This document shows positions 18,959 through 28,230 of a DNA stretch of 41,301 bases, piece after piece. The notes under the pieces were generated by a model. The model was given only the letters and a program-made list of their open reading frames with translations. It did no database searches and was not told the origin of the DNA. Source of the DNA: an uncultured Phycisphaerales bacterium. Its GTDB lineage: Bacteria; Planctomycetota; Phycisphaerae; Phycisphaerales; SM1A02. The DNA lies in contig CALKEP010000018.1 of assembly GCA_938084645.1 (NCBI GenBank), forward strand, positions 1 to 41,301, read 5' to 3'. The translations under genes were made by a program, and so were the position numbers. Every line of letters starts with the position of its first letter. The stretch's first letter is position 1.

Positions 18959-20488
18959 TCAACGCGAGGGTCCGTCGGGCGCGCTGCTTCGACCGAGTTC
19001 GCTTCCCGCGGCGAAGGCGAGATCGGCCGCCGCGACCAGAAGATCGGCCCGGGCGTCGACGAAGGTCGCGTTCGAAGTCTGCAGATCGCGTTCGGCCTGC
19101 ACCAGCGTGGTGATCGTGGCCAGTCCCTCGCGATACGCGGAGGCCACCGCTTCGAACGCCTCCTCGCTGCTCTCCACGAGCGCGACGCCGAAGTCGTACT
19201 GGCGTCGGTAGGCCTGGACGCGGAAGTAGGCGTCCCACGTCTCGCCGATGGCTTCGAGGCGGATCGCCTCGAGTTCCGCCTCGGCGGCCCGTCGCTTGGC
19301 GCGGGCCGCTCGCACCGCGTTCTCCCGGATATAGCCCTCGAAGATGATCCAGCTGCCCGAGACGCCGACGGTCCAGATCGGCGTCGAAGTCCGGTCCGAC
19401 GGATAGTCGGTGGTGTTCGAGCCGGGGATCGGTTTGTCGGTCCCGGTGTCGAATTCGGTCCAGGTGTACCCCACCGAACCCTGCAGGCCGACCTGGGGCA
19501 TGAACGCCGCTTCGGCGCGACGCACCTCGGCGGCGGCGCTGCGGACGTTCTCGATCGCGGCACCGAGGTCCGGTCGGCCGCGCAAGGCGATGTCGATGAC
19601 GTCCTCGACGCGTTGCTCGAGCACCGCGGGAAGATCACGCTCCGTGAGTCGGACGATCTCGAGCGGAACGTTCGCGGGCACGCCGCAGGCGGTGAGCAGG
19701 TCGCCGCGCGCGGCGAGGATCTCGGCGACCGTCGCTTCAAGATCGAATCGCGCCTGGGCGAGTCCCTGCCGCGCGAGCAGCAGGTCCGGCGCGGTCGCGA
19801 GGCCCACCGTGACCTGCCGTTCGACCATCTCCAGAACCGTCTCGGCCAGTTCGCGGTTTCGGAGGGCCGCCTCGTTCCTTCCGAGGGCCGCATCGAGCCT
19901 GAAGTAGCCGACCTGGACCGCCTGGACCGTCCGCTGGAGGGCTCGATTGAACCGGAGATTCGCGGCGAAGAGCTTCGCGCGGGCGGCATCGTCGTTCGCT
20001 TCACGACGCCCGAAGTCGAAGAGCAGGTAGTTCAGCGCGATCTGCGGCACCAGCGCCACCTGATCCGATTCCAGTGCGAAGCCGTTCGCGGGGAAGATCT
20101 CCCGGGTGTAGTAGAAGTCGGCCTCGAGGCCGATGACCGGATACCACGCGCCGCGGGCGATGCCCAGTTCGGCGGCGGCCATGCGGGCGCGTTCCCAGGC
20201 CGCCCGCGTCTCGGGTCGATGGTCGAGGGCGAAGTCGATCAGGCGGAGGAGCGAGGTGGGGCCGTCTCCGAGGCGGACCCCGCCCGAAGCGGGGGCGTCC
20301 GCGGCGTCGGGAGCGGTCTCGTCCACGCGATCACGATCATTCGGGACGCCGGTGGAGGGTGACGCCGGTCGCCAGGGGCGATCCGGGCGTTCCGAGACCA
20401 GATCGTCGAGATCCACATCGGCGTACGGGCGCTCCGACGCGCATCCGGTCGCGACCGCGATCAGCATCGTCAACGCGAGGTCGAGCAC
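18959..20488 (-). CDS. TolC/OEP-family outer-membrane efflux lipoprotein (MdtP-like)
   Basis: Lipobox VATG-C and two OEP repeats (ALDHRPETRAA...YLLFDFGRR; ALRGRPDL...SWIIFEG; YREGLATITTLVQAE). An in-frame stop at 20581-20579 limits the start. Confidence 0.9.
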   Translation of the reverse strand: MLDLALTMLIAVATGCASERPYADVDLDDLVSERPDRPWRPASPSTGVPNDRDRVDETAPDAADAPASGGVRLGDGPTSLLRLIDFALDHRPETRAAWERARMAAAELGIARGAWYPVIGLEADFYYTREIFPANGFALESDQVALVPQIALNYLLFDFGRREANDDAARAKLFAANLRFNRALQRTVQAVQVGYFRLDAALGRNEAALRNRELAETVLEMVERQVTVGLATAPDLLLARQGLAQARFDLEATVAEILAARGDLLTACGVPANVPLEIVRLTERDLPAVLEQRVEDVIDIALRGRPDLGAAIENVRSAAAEVRRAEAAFMPQVGLQGSVGYTWTEFDTGTDKPIPGSNTTDYPSDRTSTPIWTVGVSGSWIIFEGYIRENAVRAARAKRRAAEAELEAIRLEAIGETWDAYFRVQAYRRQYDFGVALVESSEEAFEAVASAYREGLATITTLVQAERDLQTSNATFVDARADLLVAAADLAFAAGSELGRSSAPDGPSR

Positions 20489-20629
20489 GGGCCGACGCCG
20501 TGCGGTGCCGATCCGTCCGTCGCGATCGAGGTTGTGCTCCGTGGAGGTGCTGATCCTGCGGCTCCGATCAGGGATGGATCACCGACGGGCCGATCGGGGG
20601 TCGGCCCTCGCCCACGGTATCATCGTGGC

Positions 20630-20932
20630 GTGATTCTGCCACGCACCGATCGCGGACCTCGCTTCGATGTCCGATGCACCACGCTCCGGACCTTCGTCGC
20701 GGTCGCGTCGGTGATGATGCTCGGCGGATGCGATCCGATCATCGACATCGGTGGTGCGTTCTTCCCGGGATGGATCTTCGCGGCGATCGGCGGCCTGGTG
20801 AGCATGCTGCTGGTCCGGCAGATCCTGCACTGGACCGGGATCGAGCAACACCTTCTCTTTCGCGGCTTCGCCTATCTCGGCGTGTTCATCGCGATCACCG
20901 TGCTTCTCTGGTACGCGTTCTTCCTCACCTGA
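20630..20932 (+). CDS. YtcA-family small membrane lipoprotein
   Basis: LGG-C lipobox, then DPIIDIGGAFFPGWIF and two TM helices; precedes an MdtN-like MFP, as ytcA does in E. coli. GTG start inferred. Confidence 0.75.
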   Translation: MILPRTDRGPRFDVRCTTLRTFVAVASVMMLGGCDPIIDIGGAFFPGWIFAAIGGLVSMLLVRQILHWTGIEQHLLFRGFAYLGVFIAITVLLWYAFFLT

Positions 20933-20949
20933 TTCGACGACGAGCAACC

Positions 20950-22311
20950 ATGGCCGAATCCCGGGAGAAAACCTCGTCCGAAGCATCGCCGACCACGGCG
21001 TCGAATTCGGATTCGACGCCGAAGGCCGCGGCGGAGGCCGAGCGCACCCCGGGATTCCGGGCGGTTCGCAGGGCTCGAGGCGGTTGGCGTCGGGTGGCGG
21101 GGCTCGTTCTCGGCCCGTTGATGGTGCTTTCCGGACTGGCATCCATCCTGTTCCTCGCCATCTCGCTCGACGTTCGTCCGCGGACCCTCGATGCGGCGGT
21201 CCGCGCGAACACCATCGGAATCGCGCCGCACGTGAGCGGACCGATCGTCGATCTTCGGGTCGTCGACAACCAGCCGGTTCGCAAGGGCGACGTCCTCTTC
21301 GTGGTGGATCCGCGCCCGTATGCCGCGGACCTTGCGGACGCGGAAGCGGCCCTGGCCCTGATCGACATGGAGATCGCGGCGCTTCGGGCCCGCGTCGTGG
21401 CGGCGGATCGGGCGATCGAAGAGGCGAACGCCCTGCTCGTCGAAGCCGAGGCGGACGCGGTCTATGCGCAGCTGTACCTCGATCGGGTGAGACCGTTGCT
21501 CTCCGAACGTTTCGTGACGCCCGACCAGGTGGACAAGGCCGCGTCCGAGGTCGAGGCGCTCGATGCGGCGGTCGCCACCGCACGAGCCCGCATCGCCGCG
21601 AGGGAGGCCGATTTCGCCGTGGCGGTGGCGGCCCTCGGCGATCTCGACGACCTTCCCGAAGCGATTCCGGTCGAGGAAGCCACGGAACGCGACATCGACA
21701 TGGTGGAGGCGGGCGGGCCGGCGGCGCTGGCCGCCGGGGATCGTCCGGCGGAGATCGAACCGGAGGATCTCAACGCCCGTCGCATCGCCGCGATGGCGGC
21801 GGTCGCGAAGGCCCGGCTCTATCTCGACTACTGCACCGTCCGGAGCCCGCTGGACGGGTACGTCACCAACCTCAACATCACGGTGGGGGAATACGCCAAC
21901 GAAGGTCGCCAGGTCTTCGCCCTCGTCGATGGATCGGTGTGGTACGTCATGGCCAACTTCAAGGAGACCTACCTCTCCTTCATCGATGTCGGTGACGAGG
22001 TGGAGGTCTACCTGATGGCGCGACCGTCCGAGCGGTGGCGTGGCGTGGTGCAGGGGGTGGGTTGGGCGATCGACCTCGCGGACGGTCGCGACATCCAGCA
22101 GACCGATCTTCCGAGGGTCGATCCGACGCTCGACTGGGTCCGGCTGGCTCGGCGATTCCCGGTGCGGATCATCCTCGAGGATGGTCCCGACGTGCCGATC
22201 CGGATGGGCGAGACCGCCGCGGTGATCGTGCTGCCCGGCGAGGACGAACTGCCGCCCGCGCAGTTTCCGTGGCTCAGAAGCCTGTTCGACGACCTTGATC
22301 TCGACGATTGA
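20950..22311 (+). CDS. HlyD/EmrA-family membrane fusion protein (MdtN-like)
   Basis: N-terminal TM, IAPHVSGPIVDLRVVDNQPVRKGDVLFVVDPRPY, TVRSPLDGYV, ANFKET, WVRLARRFPVRI. Confidence 0.93.
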   Translation: MAESREKTSSEASPTTASNSDSTPKAAAEAERTPGFRAVRRARGGWRRVAGLVLGPLMVLSGLASILFLAISLDVRPRTLDAAVRANTIGIAPHVSGPIVDLRVVDNQPVRKGDVLFVVDPRPYAADLADAEAALALIDMEIAALRARVVAADRAIEEANALLVEAEADAVYAQLYLDRVRPLLSERFVTPDQVDKAASEVEALDAAVATARARIAAREADFAVAVAALGDLDDLPEAIPVEEATERDIDMVEAGGPAALAAGDRPAEIEPEDLNARRIAAMAAVAKARLYLDYCTVRSPLDGYVTNLNITVGEYANEGRQVFALVDGSVWYVMANFKETYLSFIDVGDEVEVYLMARPSERWRGVVQGVGWAIDLADGRDIQQTDLPRVDPTLDWVRLARRFPVRIILEDGPDVPIRMGETAAVIVLPGEDELPPAQFPWLRSLFDDLDLDD

Positions 22312-22320
22312 ACCGACGCC

Positions 22321-22815
22321 TCACTCGCCGAACAGCGGCTTCTGGTTGGGCAGTTCGGGCGGGCGCTGCCGGAGTTCGTCCACCGCGTCCGCGATGTCCT
22401 CCACGCTCCGGAACTGCTCGTACTCGCTCGCGTAGCGGATGTAGGCGATCTGGTCGATGCCCCGCAGCGCCGTGGCGACGCGTCGACCGATCTCCTCGCT
22501 GGGAACCTCCCGGTCGAACTCCCGGTGCAGTTCGTCCTCGAGTCGGGTCACCAGTTCGATCTTGACGTCTTCGGCCACCGGCCGCTTTCCGCAGGCCGCC
22601 TGGATGCCGCGAAGGACCCGTTCGGCATCGAACGGGACCCGTGCATCGTCGCGCTTCACCACCATCAGTCGCCGGGTCTTCTCGAGTCGTTCGAACGTGG
22701 TGAATCGTCGCTCGCACGTCTCGCACTCGCGGCGACGGCGGATCGACGAACCACCCTCCACCGGACGCGAGTCGCAGACCCGGGTGCTCGTCGATTGGCA
22801 GAACGGACAGTGCAC
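22321..22815 (-). CDS. nrdR: Transcriptional repressor NrdR
   Basis: CPFC..., RRRREC..C..RFTTFE zinc ribbon, ATP-cone (VVKRD...PFD), AYIRYASEY. Confidence 0.97.
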   Translation of the reverse strand: MHCPFCQSTSTRVCDSRPVEGGSSIRRRRECETCERRFTTFERLEKTRRLMVVKRDDARVPFDAERVLRGIQAACGKRPVAEDVKIELVTRLEDELHREFDREVPSEEIGRRVATALRGIDQIAYIRYASEYEQFRSVEDIADAVDELRQRPPELPNQKPLFGE

Positions 22816-22906
22816 GGTTCGCTCCAGTCGGTCTCGGGACGCACGGGTCGTGCCATGGCGGCGACGCCCGGGTCGGCGGTCGGTTCACGGAGGCTTGCGC
22901 CGAGGC

Positions 22907-23467
22907 TCACACGTCCTCGATGTCGGTGATCTTCTTGCCCACCAGTTCTTCGATCCGGGAGGTGTGCTTCTTCGTCTCGGCGTCGACCTCCTCCTTGGAG
23001 CCGTTGACGTCGTCGTCCGAGAGCTTCTGCTCGGCCCCGGTCTGCTCGATGCTCTTGATCGCGTCGCGGCGTTCGTTCCGGCAGGCGACCTTGGCGTCCT
23101 CGCCCATCTTCTTCACCTGGCCGACCAGCTGCTTGCGTCGATCCGCGGACGGGGCCGGCACGCTCACGCGGATCGCGGGCCCCTCGGCCTGCGGATTCAG
23201 ACCGAGGTCGGCCGATTCGATCGCCTTGATGATCTCGTTCTTGGAGGCGGGGTCGAACGGCTTGATCAGGAGCTGCTGGCTTTCCGCCACGGAGATCCCG
23301 GCGAGTTCCCGGAGGTCGGTGTGCGACCCGTAGTAGTCCACCTTCACGTACTCCAGCAGGGCGGTGTTCGCCCGTCCGGTGCGGATGCCTCGGAGCTCGC
23401 GCTGGAGGTAGTCGACGGTCTTGTCCATCCGATCGCTGCACTCGAGAAGGATTTCGTCGATGTCCAT
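22907..23467 (-). CDS. frr: Ribosome recycling factor
   Basis: IRTGRA, VDYYG, LGLNP, RNERRDA. Confidence 0.97.
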   Translation of the reverse strand: MDIDEILLECSDRMDKTVDYLQRELRGIRTGRANTALLEYVKVDYYGSHTDLRELAGISVAESQQLLIKPFDPASKNEIIKAIESADLGLNPQAEGPAIRVSVPAPSADRRKQLVGQVKKMGEDAKVACRNERRDAIKSIEQTGAEQKLSDDDVNGSKEEVDAETKKHTSRIEELVGKKITDIEDV

Positions 23468-23570
23468 GCCTTGGTCTCCATCGCCCGTGGGGCGGTCGGG
23501 GTGATCCGGGATTCTCGTGGGAAGCGTGGATTGTAGGGCGACGGTCGATCGTCGTCCGAGGCGACGCCGA

Positions 23571-24290
23571 TCAGTCGGCGGTGACCAGCGTGCCCACGGT
23601 CTCGCCGCCGACCGCCCTCGCGATGTTGCCGGCGGCCTGGTAGTCGAAGACCTGGATCGGAAGTTCGTGCTCCATGCACATCGTGAGGGCCGTGAGGTCC
23701 ATCACCCCGAGCTGGCTCTCGATGGCGGTCGCGAAGGTGAGGCGGTCGTACCGGACCGCGTCGGGGTTCTTCTTGGGGTCGGAGTCGTAGATTCCGTCGA
23801 CCTTGGTGGCCTTGAGGAGCCGGTTCGCGCCGAGTTCGATTCCCCGGAGGGAGGCGCAGGTGTCGGTGGTGAAGAAGGGGTTCCCGGTGCCGGCGGTGAG
23901 GATGACCACGCGGCCCTTCTCCAGATGCCGGATCGCGCGGAGGCGGATGAACGGCTCGGCGACCGCGGTGAGGTTGATCGCGGACATCGCCCGGGCCGGC
24001 ACGCCCTGTCGCTCGAGGGCCTCCTTGAGGGCCACGCCGTTGATGACGGTGCCCAGCATGCCCATGTAGTCGGCGGTCGACTGGTCGATCGTGCCGTCCT
24101 TGGCGAGCGTCGCCCCACGAATGATGTTGCCTCCGCCGCAGACCACCGCGATCTGGACCCCGAGTCGACTGGCGGCGGCGATCTCGGTCGCGATGTGGGT
24201 CAGCTGGTCGGAGCCGATGCCGAGCTGGCCGGCCGCGGCGAAGCTTTCCCCGCTGATCTTGAGAATGACGCGGCTCGGGGTGGCGGACAT
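23571..24290 (-). CDS. pyrH: Uridylate kinase
   Basis: LKISGES, GGGNIIRG, ADYMGMLGT, GTGNPFFTTDT, KATKVDGIYDSDP, VMDLTA. Confidence 0.98.
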   Translation of the reverse strand: MSATPSRVILKISGESFAAAGQLGIGSDQLTHIATEIAAASRLGVQIAVVCGGGNIIRGATLAKDGTIDQSTADYMGMLGTVINGVALKEALERQGVPARAMSAINLTAVAEPFIRLRAIRHLEKGRVVILTAGTGNPFFTTDTCASLRGIELGANRLLKATKVDGIYDSDPKKNPDAVRYDRLTFATAIESQLGVMDLTALTMCMEHELPIQVFDYQAAGNIARAVGGETVGTLVTAD

Positions 24291-24522
24291 GGGGGACGCT
24301 CCGGCGGTTGCGGGTGGGACGAGATTCGATTGTCCCCTCCAACGGCGGTCGGGGTCAACCGAACCGACACCCCGACTTTCCGGTTTGGTGGACCGAATCG
24401 CGAATGTCCCGACGTATGGTCAGTGGGAGGAATCCACTCGATCGATCGGGTTTCCGAGATCCATCGCACGGTCGGCGTGGAATCCGCCCATAATGGAGAT
24501 CGTTCCACGAGCGTGACCAAGG

Positions 24523-25536
24523 ATGGCTGAACACGACTCCAACTCCGCGACGCCGCCCGCTTCGAACGCCGATTCGAACGTGGATCCTGCGCAGCTCGCG
24601 GAGCGGATACGCGACCTGGTCGAGGAACGACGTCGACTGCTCCGGCAGCGTCGCATCCACCTGCTCCTGCTCGGTCTCGCGGTCTCGCTGCCGATTCATC
24701 TCGCGATCATGATCTGGCTCTGGTCGACGCATCGGGAACTCCCGCCCGCCGCGGTTCCCGCCGCGGTCGTCCTCGATCTCTCGATCCTGCCCGACGAGAC
24801 GTTGCAGGACATGCTCGATGCGCCCGAGAGCGAGGATCTCCTCAGTCCCGAACTGGCGACCGACGCGGGCGAGGAGGCGATGAATCTCGAATCCGAGCTG
24901 ACCGCCGAGGTCCCCGACTTCGAACTCGAGGCGACCGGTGGAGGATTGACGACGGTGGTGGGCAGTACCGGGGAGGGGCTCGGTGCGGGACTCGGTTCGG
25001 GCGCCGGGGCGGGGGCCAGCTTCTTCGGCATCCAGTCCACCGGCAATCGCTTCGCCTACATCGTGGACATCTCGGGTTCCATGGGACAGGATGGAAAGAT
25101 GGTCGCGGCGATGGCGGAACTGAAACGTTCGCTCAAGCGACTGCCCGACTACGCGGCGTTCATGGTCGTGCTCTACTCGAGCCATCCGGTGGTCCCCTCG
25201 TTCCAGGACGGCTGGCTCCGGGCGAGTCGGGGGAACCTCTCCCGGATCAACGCGTGGATCGACGGACTCCAGCCCGGTGGCGGCACCGAGCCGATGCCGG
25301 CCTTCGAGATCGTGTTCGAACTCGACGTCCGTCCCGACGTGATCTTCTTTCTCACCGACGGCCTGATCCCCGGCAGCGTTCCCGCCGAGGTCGGGAATCG
25401 AAACGGCAAGCGGTCCGGGGCGGCGGTCATCAACAGCATCGCGTTCGGGACCGAGGCGGGACACGAGCCGCTCCGGCGGATCGCCTCGGAATCCGACGGG
25501 GTCTTCCGGTTCGTGCCGACGGGGATGCGTCCGTGA
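24523..25536 (+). CDS. Membrane-anchored vWA-domain protein with TonB/TolA-like SxxxH anchor
   Basis: TM LLLLGLAVSLPIHLAIMIWLW, acidic then Gly-rich linker, vWA with MIDAS DISGS, GGT, LTDG and INSIAFG...LRRIASESDGVF. Confidence 0.85.
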   Translation: MAEHDSNSATPPASNADSNVDPAQLAERIRDLVEERRRLLRQRRIHLLLLGLAVSLPIHLAIMIWLWSTHRELPPAAVPAAVVLDLSILPDETLQDMLDAPESEDLLSPELATDAGEEAMNLESELTAEVPDFELEATGGGLTTVVGSTGEGLGAGLGSGAGAGASFFGIQSTGNRFAYIVDISGSMGQDGKMVAAMAELKRSLKRLPDYAAFMVVLYSSHPVVPSFQDGWLRASRGNLSRINAWIDGLQPGGGTEPMPAFEIVFELDVRPDVIFFLTDGLIPGSVPAEVGNRNGKRSGAAVINSIAFGTEAGHEPLRRIASESDGVFRFVPTGMRP

Positions 25537-26618
25537 CGCCGCGCCGTCCCAACCTCGCCACGACGGTTTCGATCGTCCTCGCCGCCTCGCTCGCCTCTGG
25601 CGCGACGGCCGATCGGGAACTGCATCGTCGCGACGGCGCAGCGCCGCTGGTCGTGGAGCGGGTGGCCGCCACCGGTGCCGGCGTGCAGGCCACGGTGCGC
25701 TCGGAGGGACTCCGGTTCGAGCGGCTCGTGCCGTGGGATCGCGTCGCGTCGATCGATCTCGACGAAGCCGGTGGACTGGAAGCGGGGATCGCCCGGGGCA
25801 TCGAGAAGGGGACGCTCGTCTGGCGCGGCCGCACCCGACTGAACCGCGGTGACGCGGTGCTCGCGCGGGCCGCCTTCGAGTCGGCGTTCGCCGCCGGGGT
25901 CCTGCCGACCTCCGAGCTCGGTGGGATCGCGCTCGAGGGCGTGGTTCGTGCCGCGATCGCGGCCGGCGACACCTCGCCGGCGCTGGGCGAGGCGGTGCTG
26001 GTCTCGGAATTCTCCCCCGGTCTGGTCGAACCGTCGCGGTTTCCCCGCGGTGCGGTTCTGATCGATCCGGACACCGGGCTGGTCGCCTCGGTGCCTCCGG
26101 TGGGGGAGGACGCTGATCGCTCCCGGATGCTCGACTGGTTCCGGCGGGTGCCCGCCCCCGACGCGAGGGCCGCGCTCCGCCGCACCCTCTTCGTCCGGCT
26201 GCTGGAAGGAACGGGACCACCCGACGAGTCCGGTCAGGATCTCTCCGACGGCGAGCGATTCCTCCTTCGACTCACCGAACTCGATGCGGAAGACGCCGGC
26301 CGGCGGGAACGGACGCGTCGAACCCTGCTCGCCGCCGCCGCGGACGCCCCCGTCTGGAAGACCGCGTGGATCCGCTTCTTCGCCGGCCGTGGGACGCTCG
26401 CCCGCGAAACCGACCCCGAACTTCGCATGCGCGGCGTGCTCGACCTCGTCGAAGTGATCGCGCTCGAGTCTTCCGCACCCCCGGTCCTTCGTCGCGCGTC
26501 GCTCCGACTCGCGGCGGCGGCGCTCCGGGACCTTGGCCGATCGGAATCGGCCGCCATCCTCGAATCGTTCCTGATCGCCGAGCGTGCCGATGACGCGCTC
26601 CCGGAGAACCTCCCGTGA
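25533..26618 (+). CDS. Exported hypothetical protein (helical/TPR-like C-terminal part)
   Basis: GTG overlaps the vWA stop (GTGA). Signal-peptide-like N-terminus (RRPNLATTVSIVLAASLASGATA). Stop overlaps the exbB start. Confidence 0.7.
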   Translation: MTPRRPNLATTVSIVLAASLASGATADRELHRRDGAAPLVVERVAATGAGVQATVRSEGLRFERLVPWDRVASIDLDEAGGLEAGIARGIEKGTLVWRGRTRLNRGDAVLARAAFESAFAAGVLPTSELGGIALEGVVRAAIAAGDTSPALGEAVLVSEFSPGLVEPSRFPRGAVLIDPDTGLVASVPPVGEDADRSRMLDWFRRVPAPDARAALRRTLFVRLLEGTGPPDESGQDLSDGERFLLRLTELDAEDAGRRERTRRTLLAAAADAPVWKTAWIRFFAGRGTLARETDPELRMRGVLDLVEVIALESSAPPVLRRASLRLAAAALRDLGRSESAAILESFLIAERADDALPENLP

Positions 26619-27379
26619 ATCCCACCCTTCGCATGTTCGCCCAGGCTCCCGGCTCCGATGGGGGCGGGCTCGGTCCGAGCCTGCTCACCTACATCTCCGG
26701 CGGTGGCTTCATCGGCTGGATCATCGTCGCCCTCAGCGTGGTCGCACTCACGCTGGTGGTGATCCACGCGGTCCAGATCCGCCGCACCACGCTGCTTCCC
26801 GCGGTGCAGGTCCAGTCGATCCGCGACCTGCTCGCGGCGGGTCGCGCCGATGCCGCACTCGAGTACTGCTCGCTCGCGGACAACGACTCCTTCCTGACGC
26901 GGATCCTCGCCCCCGGACTCACCCGGTACCTGCGTTCCCCGTTCGGCGCCTTCGAGATCAAGCAGGCGATCGAGGAGGCGGGTGCTGAACAGGCGGCCCG
27001 TCTCTACCGGGCGACCGACGGTCTCGGCATCATCGGCACCGTCGCGCCGCTGCTGGGACTGCTCGGAACGGTGCAGGGGATGATCGGCGCGTTCGACAGC
27101 GTGGCCGCCAGCGCGGTCGCGGACGCGAACTACTACGAGGCGCTGGCCGGGAACATCTCCCTCGCCCTGATCACCACCATGCAGGGGCTCATCGTCGCGA
27201 TTCCCAGCGTCACGCTCTTCACGGTGTTCCGCAACCGGATCGACGCCATCGGGGCGGAGGCGGGCCAGGAACTCGATCGCATGGTGCTGCTGCTCGAGTC
27301 CTCGGGTGCCGGTGGGGCGGCCGGCGGCATGCCCGGCGGAATGCCTCGCGCGGTCGGCGGAACCGGGGGCAACGCATGA
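26615..27379 (+). CDS. MotA/TolQ/ExbB proton-channel family protein
   Basis: Three TMs; APLLGLLGTVQGMIGAF and ALITTMQGLIVAIP. Confidence 0.95.
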   Translation: MNPTLRMFAQAPGSDGGGLGPSLLTYISGGGFIGWIIVALSVVALTLVVIHAVQIRRTTLLPAVQVQSIRDLLAAGRADAALEYCSLADNDSFLTRILAPGLTRYLRSPFGAFEIKQAIEEAGAEQAARLYRATDGLGIIGTVAPLLGLLGTVQGMIGAFDSVAASAVADANYYEALAGNISLALITTMQGLIVAIPSVTLFTVFRNRIDAIGAEAGQELDRMVLLLESSGAGGAAGGMPGGMPRAVGGTGGNA

Positions 27380-27804
27380 GGTTCGACGCCCGTCGTCGGA
27401 AATCGAGACTTCTGCCCGTCGACATGACGCCGATGATCGACATCGTCTTCCAGTTGTTGATCTTCTTCCTGACCACGGCGCAGCTCGCCCAGTTCTCCCG
27501 TGCCGAGATGGATCTCCCGGAGGAGGCGGGCGAGCAGGTCGAGACCGCCGAGGAGGCGGGGATCATCGTGAACGTGCTCGCGGATGGATCGATCGAGATC
27601 GCCGGCGAGATCCTCGGCGACGCGTCGTTCGCGGTGCTCGCGGAGGAGCTCGTGATCGATCACCGGGGCGACGACCTCGCACGGCTTCGACCGCTGGTGC
27701 GGGCGGATCGGAACGCACCGGCCGCGAGGTTGAATCGCGTGCTCGAAATGCTGCAGGCCGCGGGCGTTCCCGCGGTTCGAATCGCCACGGCGCCCGGAGG
27801 CTGA
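27376..27804 (+). CDS. ExbD/TolR family protein (copy 1)
   Basis: DMTPMIDIVFQLLIFFL TM with conserved Asp; C-terminal VRADRNAP..RLNRVLEML. Confidence 0.95.
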   Translation: MRFDARRRKSRLLPVDMTPMIDIVFQLLIFFLTTAQLAQFSRAEMDLPEEAGEQVETAEEAGIIVNVLADGSIEIAGEILGDASFAVLAEELVIDHRGDDLARLRPLVRADRNAPAARLNRVLEMLQAAGVPAVRIATAPGG

Positions 27805-27807
27805 ATC

Positions 27808-28230
27808 TTGCGGATCGTTCCTCGACATCACCAGTCCGACCGACGCATGGCGCTCTCGCTGTCGTCGATGATCGACGTGGTGTTCCTGCTGCTGGCCTAC
27901 TTCCTGATCACCACGGTGGTGACGCAGCGCGAGGATCGACTGACCCCGAATCTCCAGCTCGAGCGCGACGCGAGCGGAGGAGAGACGCAGGATTTCGAGC
28001 CCCAGGTGGTCGAGGTGCTGATGGTCGATTCCGGGGTGGTCTTCCGCATCGGAGCCCGCGATTTCACGGACCGCGCGGCGCTGGTCGCGGCGCTCGAGGA
28101 GCTTCCCAAGGATCCGGGGCTGTTCATCCGGGTGACGGACGGACCGTCGGTCGGGGATGCGGCGATGGCGATCCAGTGCGGCCGCGATGCGGGGTTCGAG
28201 GAGGTGACGTATGTCCCGGCCACGGATTGA
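27808..28230 (+). CDS. ExbD/TolR family protein (copy 2)
   Basis: SLSSMIDVVFLLLAYFL TM with conserved Asp; C-terminal AGFEEVTY. TTG start 3 nt after the previous stop. Confidence 0.9.
   Translation: MRIVPRHHQSDRRMALSLSSMIDVVFLLLAYFLITTVVTQREDRLTPNLQLERDASGGETQDFEPQVVEVLMVDSGVVFRIGARDFTDRAALVAALEELPKDPGLFIRVTDGPSVGDAAMAIQCGRDAGFEEVTYVPATD

Noticed and set aside
14874..19211. 1445-aa plus-strand ORF
   Set aside because: Antisense shadow of thrS, the FUSC gene and the TolC gene. Stop-poor reverse frames are expected at this GC content, and it has no motifs.
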